Below are positions 41,257 to 50,435 of a stretch of DNA of 64,000 bases, in pieces. Under the pieces are notes generated by a model. It made no database searches. It worked only from the letters and a program-made list of their open reading frames with translations, and was not told the origin of the DNA. The position numbers and the translations under genes were made by a program. Source of the DNA: Arenicellales bacterium (lineage in GTDB: Bacteria; Pseudomonadota; Gammaproteobacteria; Arenicellales; JAJDZL01); the NCBI GenBank assembly GCA_965203865.1, contig OZ241916.1, forward strand, positions 934,884 through 998,883. Direction: 5' to 3'. The stretch's first letter is position 1; every line of letters starts with the position of its first letter.

Positions 41257-42744
41257 CTATAGCCTCGGTATGCCAACAATGCTTTCAATGAGAAAAAATG
41301 CAAAGTCCGGTGCAAAGAATAGCACTATGCAACCCGCCGCAGTGATTAGCAGTGCGATGAGAATGGGCAAGGGTGCCTCAGTGATTTCGGCGGCGGGTTC
41401 CACAGGCTTGGATGGAAAATAGGCGCGTATGGCAATCGGAAGCAAGTACCCTATACTCAGCAAGGTACCTGTGAGCATGGCAGTAAGTGTTATCCAATCA
41501 TGCGCATGCGACACCCCCTGAAGAAGAAACCACTTGCTCCACATTGTTCCTGTGGGCGGTGCGCCTATGATTCCAATCGTTGCAATAATAAAAGCTGCCA
41601 TTGTAATCGGCATTCGGCGACCGATGCCCTGCAACTGGCTCACTTCGGTTTTATGAGTTGCCACCATGATCGCACCGGCGCAAAAGAACAGGGTGATTTT
41701 TGAAAATCCGTGCATCAGCATGTGGGTGCTACCGCCAATGATTCCCCAAATATTGGGAGTTACTGAGCCAAGTACTATGTAAGACAGTTGGCCGATAGTG
41801 GAGTAGGCCAAACGCGCTTTGAGATTGTCCTTGCGAAGCGCAATGATTCCGGTGGCGACAATTGTGAACGCTGCAATATACGCAATAAAAGCGTGAACGG
41901 GCAGTTGCGCTACCAGCTCAACCCCGAACAGGTAGATTACAATTTTGAGAATTGCAAAAACCCCGGCCTTGACTACTGCCACTGCATGAAGCAAGGCGCT
42001 TACAGGAGTTGGTGCAACCATCGCAGAGGGAAGCCAGCGATGAAAAGGCATGAGCGCGGCTTTGCCAATGCCGAATACGTAAAGCAAAAGCAGAATGCTT
42101 AACTTGTTTTCGTCCAGTACACTCTCAAATACTCCATTAACAGTAAAGTCAACGGTTCCTGTAATCGTCCAGGTCCAAATTACCGCAAGCAGCAGCATGC
42201 TGATTGATGTACCAAGTAGCATAAACAGATAGATTCGGCCGGCGCGCTTGGCCTTTTCGTCTCCGTGATGCGTGACCAATGGGAACGTTGTCAATGTGAG
42301 AATTTCGTAAAACAGGAACAGGGTGAATCCGTTCGCTGCCATTGCCACTCCCATTGCGCTGGACATTGCAATTGCGAAAAAAGCATAGAACCTGGTTTGG
42401 TTTTTTTCGTGATGCCCGCGCATGTATCCGATGGAGTAGATGGAAGTTACAATCCACAGGAAACTGGCCATCAGCGCAAACAGCATCCCAAGCGGTTCCA
42501 GTGCAAGCGACAGCGTAACGTCTGTAAACGGTTCAAGAATTATCAGTCTTGGAACACGCCCCTCGCTAACCGCAGGATACAGAGAAACTACCAGAAAAAA
42601 AGTGATTACAGCCGTGGCGATAGAAACAGCTTCGCGATAATTTGGCTTTCGGTCAAGCAGACAAATGAATATCGCACCCGCAATCGGTACGAGAATTGCC
42701 AGTGCCATGATGTAATGGGCAACAGTGTAATGTGCAACAATCAC
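41257..42744 (-). CDS. MrpD/NuoN-family membrane subunit (second paralog)
   Basis: 495-aa polytopic protein with a 4-nt overlap with the upstream paralog. Confidence 0.8.
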   Translation of the reverse strand: MIVAHYTVAHYIMALAILVPIAGAIFICLLDRKPNYREAVSIATAVITFFLVVSLYPAVSEGRVPRLIILEPFTDVTLSLALEPLGMLFALMASFLWIVTSIYSIGYMRGHHEKNQTRFYAFFAIAMSSAMGVAMAANGFTLFLFYEILTLTTFPLVTHHGDEKAKRAGRIYLFMLLGTSISMLLLAVIWTWTITGTVDFTVNGVFESVLDENKLSILLLLYVFGIGKAALMPFHRWLPSAMVAPTPVSALLHAVAVVKAGVFAILKIVIYLFGVELVAQLPVHAFIAYIAAFTIVATGIIALRKDNLKARLAYSTIGQLSYIVLGSVTPNIWGIIGGSTHMLMHGFSKITLFFCAGAIMVATHKTEVSQLQGIGRRMPITMAAFIIATIGIIGAPPTGTMWSKWFLLQGVSHAHDWITLTAMLTGTLLSIGYLLPIAIRAYFPSKPVEPAAEITEAPLPILIALLITAAGCIVLFFAPDFAFFLIESIVGIPRL

Positions 42745-44222
42745 GATGATATTCCCAGTATTGCATTCACCGCTCTGATTGCCTGTTCACCGGTGAATTG
42801 TGCGCTGATCCCAAAGTAGATATTGGCAATGATCAGTATCCAAACAGGAATTAGCATGGACAAGGGGGCTTCGTCTCTGTTTATTTTTGCCTCAAGGTCT
42901 ATTCTGAAGTAGGCGAGTTCCACAACTTTCCACACGTAAGCTGCTGTCACCAAGGAGCCTGCAAGAACAATCACCGCTAGCCAAACCATGCGAATTTCAA
43001 GGGCTGCAGTAACCAGATACCATTTACTGATGAACCCGGTTGTGCCTGGTACTCCGACCAGGCTCAAGCCACCAATCAGAATTGCTGCTGTGGTCCATGG
43101 CATCTTTCGTCCCATATTACTGAGAGACGAAAGGGTGGTCATTCCGGTTTTAAATGCCAGGCAACCAATTGCCATGAAAATTGCAGTCTTCATAAGTGCA
43201 TGATTGAACAAGTGCAGAAACGACGCTGCAATTCCGGCGTTGGTTGCAAGTCCGATACCGATTGCCATATATCCGACTTGTGCAATACTGGAATATGCAA
43301 ACAAGCGCTTCAAGTCAATCTGATAAAACGCAATAACAGAGGCTGTAATTGCCCCGAGCACTCCTATGCCAAGTATGATGGTATGTACTGCCGGCGTTGC
43401 CGTGAAATAAGTTTCCGGAAATATCGTAAAAATCATCCGCGCAAATACGTACACGGCAGCCTTTGTTGATGTGCCTGCCAAGAAAGCGGATATTGCATGT
43501 GGCGCGTATTTGTAGGCGTTCGGCAGCCAGGAGTGCAGGGGAAACATCGCAATTTTTATGGCGAGACCTGCAACCACAAATCCAAATGCTACGAGTACCG
43601 TTCGCCTGCCCTCCAATAGAGGCAGTCTTTGCACCAGGTCGAACATGTTCAAGGTGCCGGTAACGGAATACAGCAACCCGATCCCAATCAGGAAGAAAGT
43701 CGCCGCAATGGTTCCCATAATCAGGTAGCGAAGTGAAGCCGTGAGACTTCGCCTGTGCGGACCCATGCTGATCATTACATACGAGGCCAGCGATGAAATC
43801 TCCAGAAAGACAAATACATTGAACACATCGCCGGAAATCGTAATGCCGGACAATCCGGTGAAGCATAGCATCCATGCTGTGTACAACCAGGTTCGCTGTT
43901 CTTCGGGAACCTCGGAGTTTATGCTTCGGCCAGCATAAAGAATACTGATAAAGTAGACAATGCTGATAACGAGCAGCACAAAGGAGTTTGCACTGTCAAT
44001 GCGGTATTCAATCCCCCATGGTGCATCCCAGCCGCCAAGAGAGTAAAAAATTGTTCCGTTGTTTACAACTTCGATTAGCAGTGCAATGGAAATTATGGTG
44101 CAAAGAGCACCGACAATTGCTGCGATTAGCCAGGTCAGCTGATACTTGCGGAACACCACACTCAGTGGCGCCGCGACAAGCGGTATGACAATTTGCAATG
44201 CACTAAGATGGTAGGACAGCAT
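42741..44222 (-). CDS. mrpD: MrpD/NuoN-family membrane subunit (first paralog)
   Basis: 493 aa, immediately after the MrpC-like gene. Confidence 0.8.
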   Translation of the reverse strand: MLSYHLSALQIVIPLVAAPLSVVFRKYQLTWLIAAIVGALCTIISIALLIEVVNNGTIFYSLGGWDAPWGIEYRIDSANSFVLLVISIVYFISILYAGRSINSEVPEEQRTWLYTAWMLCFTGLSGITISGDVFNVFVFLEISSLASYVMISMGPHRRSLTASLRYLIMGTIAATFFLIGIGLLYSVTGTLNMFDLVQRLPLLEGRRTVLVAFGFVVAGLAIKIAMFPLHSWLPNAYKYAPHAISAFLAGTSTKAAVYVFARMIFTIFPETYFTATPAVHTIILGIGVLGAITASVIAFYQIDLKRLFAYSSIAQVGYMAIGIGLATNAGIAASFLHLFNHALMKTAIFMAIGCLAFKTGMTTLSSLSNMGRKMPWTTAAILIGGLSLVGVPGTTGFISKWYLVTAALEIRMVWLAVIVLAGSLVTAAYVWKVVELAYFRIDLEAKINRDEAPLSMLIPVWILIIANIYFGISAQFTGEQAIRAVNAILGISS

Positions 44223-44575
44223 TACTCTGTGCTATCTTTTTTTAGAACATCGTAGTCGTCAACCGTACCGAAAGCAGTACGGATTCGAATAATGATTGCG
44301 AGTCCCAGAGCTGTGGTTGCAACACCGACAACAATCGCTGTAAGGATTAATACGTGGGGTAACGGATTGGAATAGACTTCCGGCTCGCCAGTCAGGATTG
44401 GCGCGGTTCCGCCACTTACTTTTCCGATGCTGATATACAGCACGAATACTGATGTTTGAAAAATATTCAGCCCAATGATTTTCTTGACAAAGTTGTTTGT
44501 TGCGATCACAACATACAGTCCTGTCATCATCAGGGCGACAACAATTCCGTAGTTGAGAAGGCTTATTTCAAACAT
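44222..44575 (-). CDS. mrpC: MrpC/NuoK-like subunit
   Basis: 117 aa with three TM helices and a NuoK-like pattern. Confidence 0.8.
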   Translation of the reverse strand: MFEISLLNYGIVVALMMTGLYVVIATNNFVKKIIGLNIFQTSVFVLYISIGKVSGGTAPILTGEPEVYSNPLPHVLILTAIVVGVATTALGLAIIIRIRTAFGTVDDYDVLKKDSTE

Positions 44576-44588
44576 TGTATTGGCCGGG

Positions 44589-45026
44589 CTAGCTCGGCTC
44601 GGAGGAGTCGGTATGCTTGTACATTGAATAGCTGTAGAAAAGGGTGACCATTACAGAAGCTACTGTTAGCCCGACACCGGCCTCTACGAAAATTATTGCG
44701 AATTTTTGACCCGAAACTGGTGTTGGCAGTAAAACACTATAGTTCAGGAATTCGCCGCCCAGGAACATTCCGGCTATTCCGATGAACACATAGATCAAGA
44801 CACCCGTAGCTGCGAGTACATGCACAACAGCCGGGGGAACTACTTTCATGGCGGCGTCTTTGCCGAATATGATGCCGTACAAAATCAAGCCGGCGCCAAA
44901 AATAACGCCATTTTGAAATCCGCCGCCCGGTCCGTATTCAGCATGAAAGAGCACGTATAGCGAGAAGACCAGAATAAATGGCATCAGTAGTTTCGCAATC
45001 AGATGCAGAATTGGATGATGCTGCAT
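44589..45026 (-). CDS. mrpB: MrpB-like subunit
   Basis: 145 aa with the EYGPGGGFQNG motif. Confidence 0.75.
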   Translation of the reverse strand: MQHHPILHLIAKLLMPFILVFSLYVLFHAEYGPGGGFQNGVIFGAGLILYGIIFGKDAAMKVVPPAVVHVLAATGVLIYVFIGIAGMFLGGEFLNYSVLLPTPVSGQKFAIIFVEAGVGLTVASVMVTLFYSYSMYKHTDSSEPS

Positions 45027-45027
45027 T

Positions 45028-45537
45028 CTACTGGTCCTGCTGGTTATTTTTGCGACGTTGCACTAGCAGCGCGACCACGCCGATGCCTGCCGTAAATATG
45101 ACTACGACTTCACCTAGCGTGTCGTATCCCCTGTAGCTGGCTAACACTGCGGTTACCACATTCGGAGATCCTGTTTCAGACAATGCCACCGACAGGTATG
45201 TTGGTGCAACATGCAGATTGGCTGGCGCATTCGGGTCCGTGTAAATGGGCATATCAGAAATTCCGTAGATCAGAGCAACTCCCACAACGACTACGACGCA
45301 TAGTGCAAGTATCGGATGCTGGTGTTCCGAAATTTCAACGCGTGTGCCAGTCAGCGAAAGAGCACTTAGCATGAGTATCGTGGAAATACAGGTTCCGACA
45401 GCGGCTTCTGTCAGTGCCACGTCCACAGCGTCCAGCAAGACGAACAGTATTGCGGATAATGCGCTGTAAATGCTGTACAGCATCACAGAAGCAAACAGGC
45501 GCTTGAGCCGGGCAACCGCTAGCGCAGCGGCTACCAT
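45028..45537 (-). CDS. DUF4040 / MrpA C-terminal-like (MbhD-like) subunit
   Basis: 169-aa membrane protein in the position equivalent to MbhD/MrpA-C in Mbh-type clusters. Confidence 0.65.
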   Translation of the reverse strand: MVAAALAVARLKRLFASVMLYSIYSALSAILFVLLDAVDVALTEAAVGTCISTILMLSALSLTGTRVEISEHQHPILALCVVVVVGVALIYGISDMPIYTDPNAPANLHVAPTYLSVALSETGSPNVVTAVLASYRGYDTLGEVVVIFTAGIGVVALLVQRRKNNQQDQ

Positions 45538-45563
45538 CAGTACAAGAATTGCAATGTTAAAAA

Positions 45564-45890
45564 CTAGTTCGATGACTTGGTTCCCGTGTTTGCAGGAGTG
45601 GGTGACAGCCCGCCGTGTATCGCAGCCTTCGCAAGTGCATGGGATGAAGTGGGGCTAGTAATCAGCAGAAACATCAGAGTCAAAAAAAGCTTGACCAGAG
45701 GAGCACCCCAGGATGCTTGAAGTGCAAGCCCTGCTACAATCAATCCAATGCCGGCAGTATCAGTAATTCCGGCTGCGTGCATTCGGGTAAAAAAATCCGG
45801 AAATCGAAGTATGCCGATTGTGCCTGCAATGACAAACAGTCCACCGGTTGCAAGAAGTATATTGCTAATGACAGTAAGCAGAATATCCAT
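45564..45890 (-). CDS. mrpG: MrpG-like subunit
   Basis: The start is set at the internal Met (MDILLTV..GILRFPDFFTRMHAAG). Its ATG shares one nucleotide with the upstream TAA (TAATG). Confidence 0.75.
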   Translation of the reverse strand: MDILLTVISNILLATGGLFVIAGTIGILRFPDFFTRMHAAGITDTAGIGLIVAGLALQASWGAPLVKLFLTLMFLLITSPTSSHALAKAAIHGGLSPTPANTGTKSSN

Positions 45891-46180
45891 TAGCGTTTCT
45901 CGTCTTCCGGTTGTTCTCCTACATGGCCCAAGTCGCCATATTCGAAGTACTTGAGAACGGCAATCACGACAATAAAGTTGCACAATGCATATACAAGTGC
46001 AATATCCAGAAAATCAGGTCGGTCCGTCATAAAGCCGTATATGGCAATGACGATGACGGTTTTTGTTCCGAAGTTGTTGATTGCCAGCAGTCGGTCGTAA
46101 ATAGTTGGACCCAAAAACGCTCTGACCATCAGAAGTGCCATTCCTACCAGAATTGCGCACATTACAGCTGCAATGACCAT
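45890..46180 (-). CDS. mrpF: MrpF-like subunit
   Basis: 96 aa with three TM helices (GPTIYDRLLA). Confidence 0.75.
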   Translation of the reverse strand: MVIAAVMCAILVGMALLMVRAFLGPTIYDRLLAINNFGTKTVIVIAIYGFMTDRPDFLDIALVYALCNFIVVIAVLKYFEYGDLGHVGEQPEDEKR

Positions 46181-46695
46181 TAAATGGGCTCCTGTTTTGA
46201 ATGAATGATTACGGATCGCACTTTTCTTTCCATTTCTCCTGTTGCAAGTTCTTCGGCGCTATCGGCGTTCAGTGCATGAATATTCAGATAATTGTCTCCG
46301 ACTTCCATGGTAAGTGTACCGGGTGTCAGGGTGATTGAATTTGCAAAAATTACCCGTTCCATGTCAGACATGTCCTCGGTGGATACGCGCAGTACACGAG
46401 GAGCCAGATTCACCTTCGGGGAGAGTGCTAGTCGTGCCACTGCAATGTTCGACTGCAGAATCTTGAAAATCAACCAGCCATGAAACGGAAGAATGCGTAT
46501 AGATATCAGGGGAAGAGGCTTGCCTTCGTGGTCTGCAATATCCATTCGATGAATGATGTAAATCGTGAGCAGACATGAAATAATTCCGAAAGACAACAGG
46601 AGCGGCGCCAAATAATGAGAAAGCGCCAGCCAGAAGGCAAATAGAATAATTATTGTTCCAAACTTAAATTTCATAGCAAAAATACTATAAGACAT
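46180..46695 (-). CDS. mrpE: MrpE-like subunit
   Basis: 171 aa, first gene of the cluster (ITLTPGTL motif). Confidence 0.75.
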   Translation of the reverse strand: MSYSIFAMKFKFGTIIILFAFWLALSHYLAPLLLSFGIISCLLTIYIIHRMDIADHEGKPLPLISIRILPFHGWLIFKILQSNIAVARLALSPKVNLAPRVLRVSTEDMSDMERVIFANSITLTPGTLTMEVGDNYLNIHALNADSAEELATGEMERKVRSVIIHSKQEPI

Positions 46696-46809
46696 AACTT
46701 TACTATACTGATTGCAATACCAGTACTTTGGTCAGTAGTTATCAAGAGTCTAAATTCCAATTCCTATAAATATATACTACATTGGTTTAGACGCGTAAAT
46801 TACAAAGAC

Positions 46810-47904
46810 ATGAACGAGAATTCAATTTCGATGAAAGGGGGCGGCTACTACTCCCAGCATACGCAGGGTGCCAAGCATGTAGTCAATCGTGCAGGTGTGC
46901 ATGTTCTGGAGCATTGTGCAAAATTGGATATTTCCGACTCGGGTCGTCCATTCACAATCGCAGATTACGGGGCTGCGGATGGGGGAACTTCTCTTGAATT
47001 GATTACTGCAATTGTAGAAAAAGTGCGGGAAAAGGCACCGAATCGGGAAATTCAGGTTGTTTACACAGATCTACCGCACAACGATTTTTCAGCTTTGTTC
47101 AAAATGCTTGACGGGCAAGTATCAGAACTGGAGAGTTATCTTAGCAGGTTCAACGGGGTATACGTCAGCGGTGCCGGTTCATCTTTCTATCAGCAGATTT
47201 TGCCAAGTTCCTCGGTTGATATCGGATTTTCTGCAACGGCGATGCACTGGTTGAGCAGTTTGCCGGGAGTTGTCACCAATCATGTTCACGCGACAGGAGC
47301 CAGCGGGGAGGAGTTGAAAAAATTCAGCGACTACGCGCAGCAGGATTGGGAGACCATTTTGCTGAACCGGGCGAAAGAACTTGCACCGGAAGGCTTGCTG
47401 GTGATGGCAAACTTCTGTATTGATGAAGAAGGCAGATATCTGGGCAACACACAAGGCGCCAACATGTTCGATATGTTTCAAAAACTTTGGAAAGAACTGG
47501 CAGATTGTGGAGTGATTACACATGAAGAATGTCGGACAACAACTTTTCCGCAGTTCTACAAAACACTGGAACAATTTCAAAAACCATTCAACGACCCCAG
47601 CAGCCCTGTCAGTCTAGCCGGACTCAAGCTTGAAACAATCTATTCGGGTGTAACGGAATGCCCCTACCGGGCTGAATTCAATCGCACCGGTGATTCGGTT
47701 GCATTCGCGAATGAATATGTTCCTACGCTTCGCTCCTGGAGCGAAGGTGTGTTCATGGGCGGTTTGGATTCAAGCCGGCCGCTTGCTGAAAGGCAAAGAA
47801 TCGTAGAGGAGTTTTTTGAGAACTACAATTCCATGGTGCGAAAAAATCCGGAAATTCATGCAATGGATTACGTACATGTGTACATGGTTGTAAGCAAGGC
47901 TTGA
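46810..47904 (+). CDS. SABATH-type (Methyltransf_7-like) SAM-dependent carboxyl methyltransferase
   Basis: MKGGGYYSQHT, IADYGAADGGTS, YTDLPHNDF, GSFYQQILP and ATAMHWLSSLP appear in the same order as the plant salicylate/jasmonate carboxyl methyltransferase motifs. Confidence 0.6.
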   Translation: MNENSISMKGGGYYSQHTQGAKHVVNRAGVHVLEHCAKLDISDSGRPFTIADYGAADGGTSLELITAIVEKVREKAPNREIQVVYTDLPHNDFSALFKMLDGQVSELESYLSRFNGVYVSGAGSSFYQQILPSSSVDIGFSATAMHWLSSLPGVVTNHVHATGASGEELKKFSDYAQQDWETILLNRAKELAPEGLLVMANFCIDEEGRYLGNTQGANMFDMFQKLWKELADCGVITHEECRTTTFPQFYKTLEQFQKPFNDPSSPVSLAGLKLETIYSGVTECPYRAEFNRTGDSVAFANEYVPTLRSWSEGVFMGGLDSSRPLAERQRIVEEFFENYNSMVRKNPEIHAMDYVHVYMVVSKA

Positions 47905-47918
47905 ACGCCAATACTGCT

Positions 47919-49334
47919 TCAGGGCAATACAGGGTCTATTGGAAGTCTTTTGTGAATCTCTGTCATTTCTTCAAGCAAGTGGCCTGCGCCAAGTAGCTCT
48001 GCTTCTTTGCGGGGCGGGGCAATGATTTGCAAGCCAACGGGAAGACCGTCTGCGGTAAATCCGGCAGGTACGGACAAGGCAGGGCATCCTGTCAAAGTAA
48101 TCGCGAATGTAATTGCAATCCACTCGTAGTAGGTTTCAAATTTCTTGTCGCCAATCGATTCGACATAGCGCATATCGACATCAAACGGCGGGACAATTGC
48201 ACAAGGACAAACAAGCAGGTCGTATTTCTCAAACAGCTTGCAAATGGAACGATAAATTTTGGCCCGAGTTTTTTCGGCTTTGCCAATATCTTCCGCTGAC
48301 AAATTGAGGCCTTGCTCAATATTCCAGACAATTTCCGGTTTCAAGCGGTCGCGGTGTTTCTCATACTCATTCACCAGATTCGTAGCAAACAGAAAACTTC
48401 GCAGCACATTGAAGGATTCTATCGCTCCGGTAAAATCCGAACAATTCTCTTCCACTACGATATCCAGATCGGAAAACATTTCAACAGCGCGGCGACAAAT
48501 GGTGTCGACTTCGGGATCAGTAACTGTAATTCCAAGATCAGGGGAGTAGGCAATTTGTTTCGGTTTCTGTTCAATTTGCAAGAAATCAACATAAGAAATT
48601 TCATTGCGTTCGTAAGTCAGCGGGTCTGATGGATGATAAATTGCAATGGCATCCAGAAACAGCGCCAGGTCCTGTGTATTTCGTGCAATCGGCCCGTTCA
48701 CATGAAGTGTGTTGAATGGTTGCAGCTTGTCGTCTTGCGGCACTCGTCCCGGACTAGGACGCAATCCGACAACAGAATTGAAACTCGCGGGTGTTCGAAG
48801 ACTCCCGCCCAAGTCACTTCCCGTAGCAAGCCAAACTTCTCCGCTTGCAACTGACGCGCAGGCACCGCCGGATGAGCCTGCCACTGATTTACTGGTGTTC
48901 CAGGGATTTCTGGTTTTCCCGAATACATCGTTGAAGGTGCTTGCTCCGGCACCAAATTCCGGTGTATTTGATTTGCCCATGACAATCGCACCGTTTTGCT
49001 CAAGCACTTTAACGCAAATTTCTGAACGACTGGGAACATAATCCTTGTAAATTACGGAACCGAATGTTGTTCGAATTCCCTTGGTTTCCATAAGGTCTTT
49101 TACCGATATTGGCAATCCACCAAGCCATCCTCGCTTCTGTTCTGAATTGGAGAAGGACATAGCTTTTGCCTTGTCAAGCGCCTGTTCGATACAAGTAGTG
49201 GGCATGGCATTGATTTGAGGCTCCACTTCTTCAATTCGTTGTGCAGAAGTTTCGACAAGCTCCACCGGGGAAATTTCCCGACTGCCAAGCAAAGCCAAAA
49301 GTTCAATGGCTGATTTTTTCAGTAGTTCGTGCAT
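47919..49334 (-). CDS. amidase-signature family amidase
   Basis: AGSSGGACASVASG and GSDLGGSLRTPA. Confidence 0.85.
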   Translation of the reverse strand: MHELLKKSAIELLALLGSREISPVELVETSAQRIEEVEPQINAMPTTCIEQALDKAKAMSFSNSEQKRGWLGGLPISVKDLMETKGIRTTFGSVIYKDYVPSRSEICVKVLEQNGAIVMGKSNTPEFGAGASTFNDVFGKTRNPWNTSKSVAGSSGGACASVASGEVWLATGSDLGGSLRTPASFNSVVGLRPSPGRVPQDDKLQPFNTLHVNGPIARNTQDLALFLDAIAIYHPSDPLTYERNEISYVDFLQIEQKPKQIAYSPDLGITVTDPEVDTICRRAVEMFSDLDIVVEENCSDFTGAIESFNVLRSFLFATNLVNEYEKHRDRLKPEIVWNIEQGLNLSAEDIGKAEKTRAKIYRSICKLFEKYDLLVCPCAIVPPFDVDMRYVESIGDKKFETYYEWIAITFAITLTGCPALSVPAGFTADGLPVGLQIIAPPRKEAELLGAGHLLEEMTEIHKRLPIDPVLP

Positions 49335-49574
49335 ATGGCATTCATAGAATTAGTCATAAAACTTATTTGTAGAATCTGCAAGGATTTTTGATTGAATTTT
49401 ATCAATTGAATAAACATCGGGTTCGTCTGAATTACCTTTTCAATCCAGTATTTCTTTATCATAGACTATTAGTTGTAGATAATCGCAGTATTACTGACAA
49501 TAAAGGTGATAGAAATTTAATTTCTGATTTTCACCTGTAAGTTCAAATCTTCGTCAATCTAACAAGGAGCAAAA

Positions 49575-49916
49575 TTGATGAAAAAAATCACCTGGAGTGA
49601 GTTTGAGCAGGTAGAACTGCGCGTTGGCACAATTAAAGAAGTTCAGGAGTTTCCCGAAGCACGACACCCCGCTTACATAGTCAAGGCAGATTTTGGACCT
49701 GATATAGGAATATTGAAATCAAGCGCGCAAATAACTGATTTGTATACACCTGAAGACTTAATCGGAAAACAAATTGTTGGAGTGGTGAATTTCCCCAGCA
49801 AGCAAATCGGACCGATCATGTCACAGTTCTTGCTAACTGGCTTCTATCAGGACGACGGTGCTGTCGTGATTGCTCAACCAGAGCGTCCCGTTAAAAATGG
49901 TGCGAAACTTGCATAG
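49575..49916 (+). CDS. csaA: tRNA-binding domain protein (CsaA-like)
   Basis: 113-aa OB-fold tRNA-binding pattern ([22 protein letters not shown]). Confidence 0.75.
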   Translation: MMKKITWSEFEQVELRVGTIKEVQEFPEARHPAYIVKADFGPDIGILKSSAQITDLYTPEDLIGKQIVGVVNFPSKQIGPIMSQFLLTGFYQDDGAVVIAQPERPVKNGAKLA

Positions 49917-50094
49917 ATTTGCAGAGTAGCAAGCTTGAATTTAGACGCAAAATGTATTGCAAATTATTCAATTCTGCCCCCCTTGCCCTGCTCTCAGCAT
50001 TGATTTTTCAGTGCCTTAAGTGGGGTGACAGGGGGAATCAAGCAATCTTGGATGAACGTTCATAATGAATTGATTTCAATTGAATTTTTCTATC

Positions 50095-50105
50095 GGGGGG
50101 GGGGG
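50095..50105 (+). repeat. G11 homopolymer in the upstream region of the giant ORF
   Basis: Counted directly: tatc G11 tgaaat. It lies about 46 nt upstream of a TATAAT hexamer (50151-50156) and about 130 nt upstream of the ATG at 50235. Confidence 0.95.
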
Positions 50106-50234
50106 TGAAATATGTTAAATCTCGAATGAATTTTACATGCCCGGATTGTTTATAATAAGCAGAAAGATTCTCTGGTTGTTCGGGCCGGGGCATATTTAAA
50201 TTTTTGTTATAAAAAGATTTTCAGGCAGGAACCA

Positions 50235-50435
50235 ATGAAATTGATATTGAAGCTGATTGAACCAATTGCTTGGCTTTGCAGTCGAAAGAGTTTTGCTTTG
50301 GCGCATAAATTAGTGGGGGGGGGGGGTATTCAGGAATACTTGCATATTCGAAAGCCCGGCCCGCCGACTCGCGCTTTCCAAGCACATTGCCTGTTCGCTA
50401 CTGGCGGTGACAATATCAGTATGCATGCTACCTGA
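50235..50435 (+). CDS. 5' ORF with RBS and ATG containing a G12 tract; probable out-of-frame N-terminus of the downstream giant ORF
   Basis: agga RBS 4 nt before the ATG. The ORF encodes MKLILKLIEPIAWLCSRKSFALAHKLVGGGG.. and terminates at 50433-50435, inside the 1990-aa ORF. Confidence 0.55.
   Translation: MKLILKLIEPIAWLCSRKSFALAHKLVGGGGIQEYLHIRKPGPPTRAFQAHCLFATGGDNISMHAT
50315..50326 (+). repeat. G12 homopolymer at the frame junction
   Basis: Counted directly: tagt G12 tatt. It lies inside the 5' ORF and directly follows the TAG (50311-50313) that closes the giant ORF's frame upstream. Confidence 0.95.

Noticed and set aside
50132-50156. A sigma70 promoter assignment for the giant-ORF locus (TTTACA at 50132-50137 with TATAAT at 50151-50156).
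   Set aside because: The spacer is only 13 nt, too short for a canonical promoter, and other -35 candidates give 19-23 nt. Only the TATAAT hexamer is noted, and no promoter feature is claimed.
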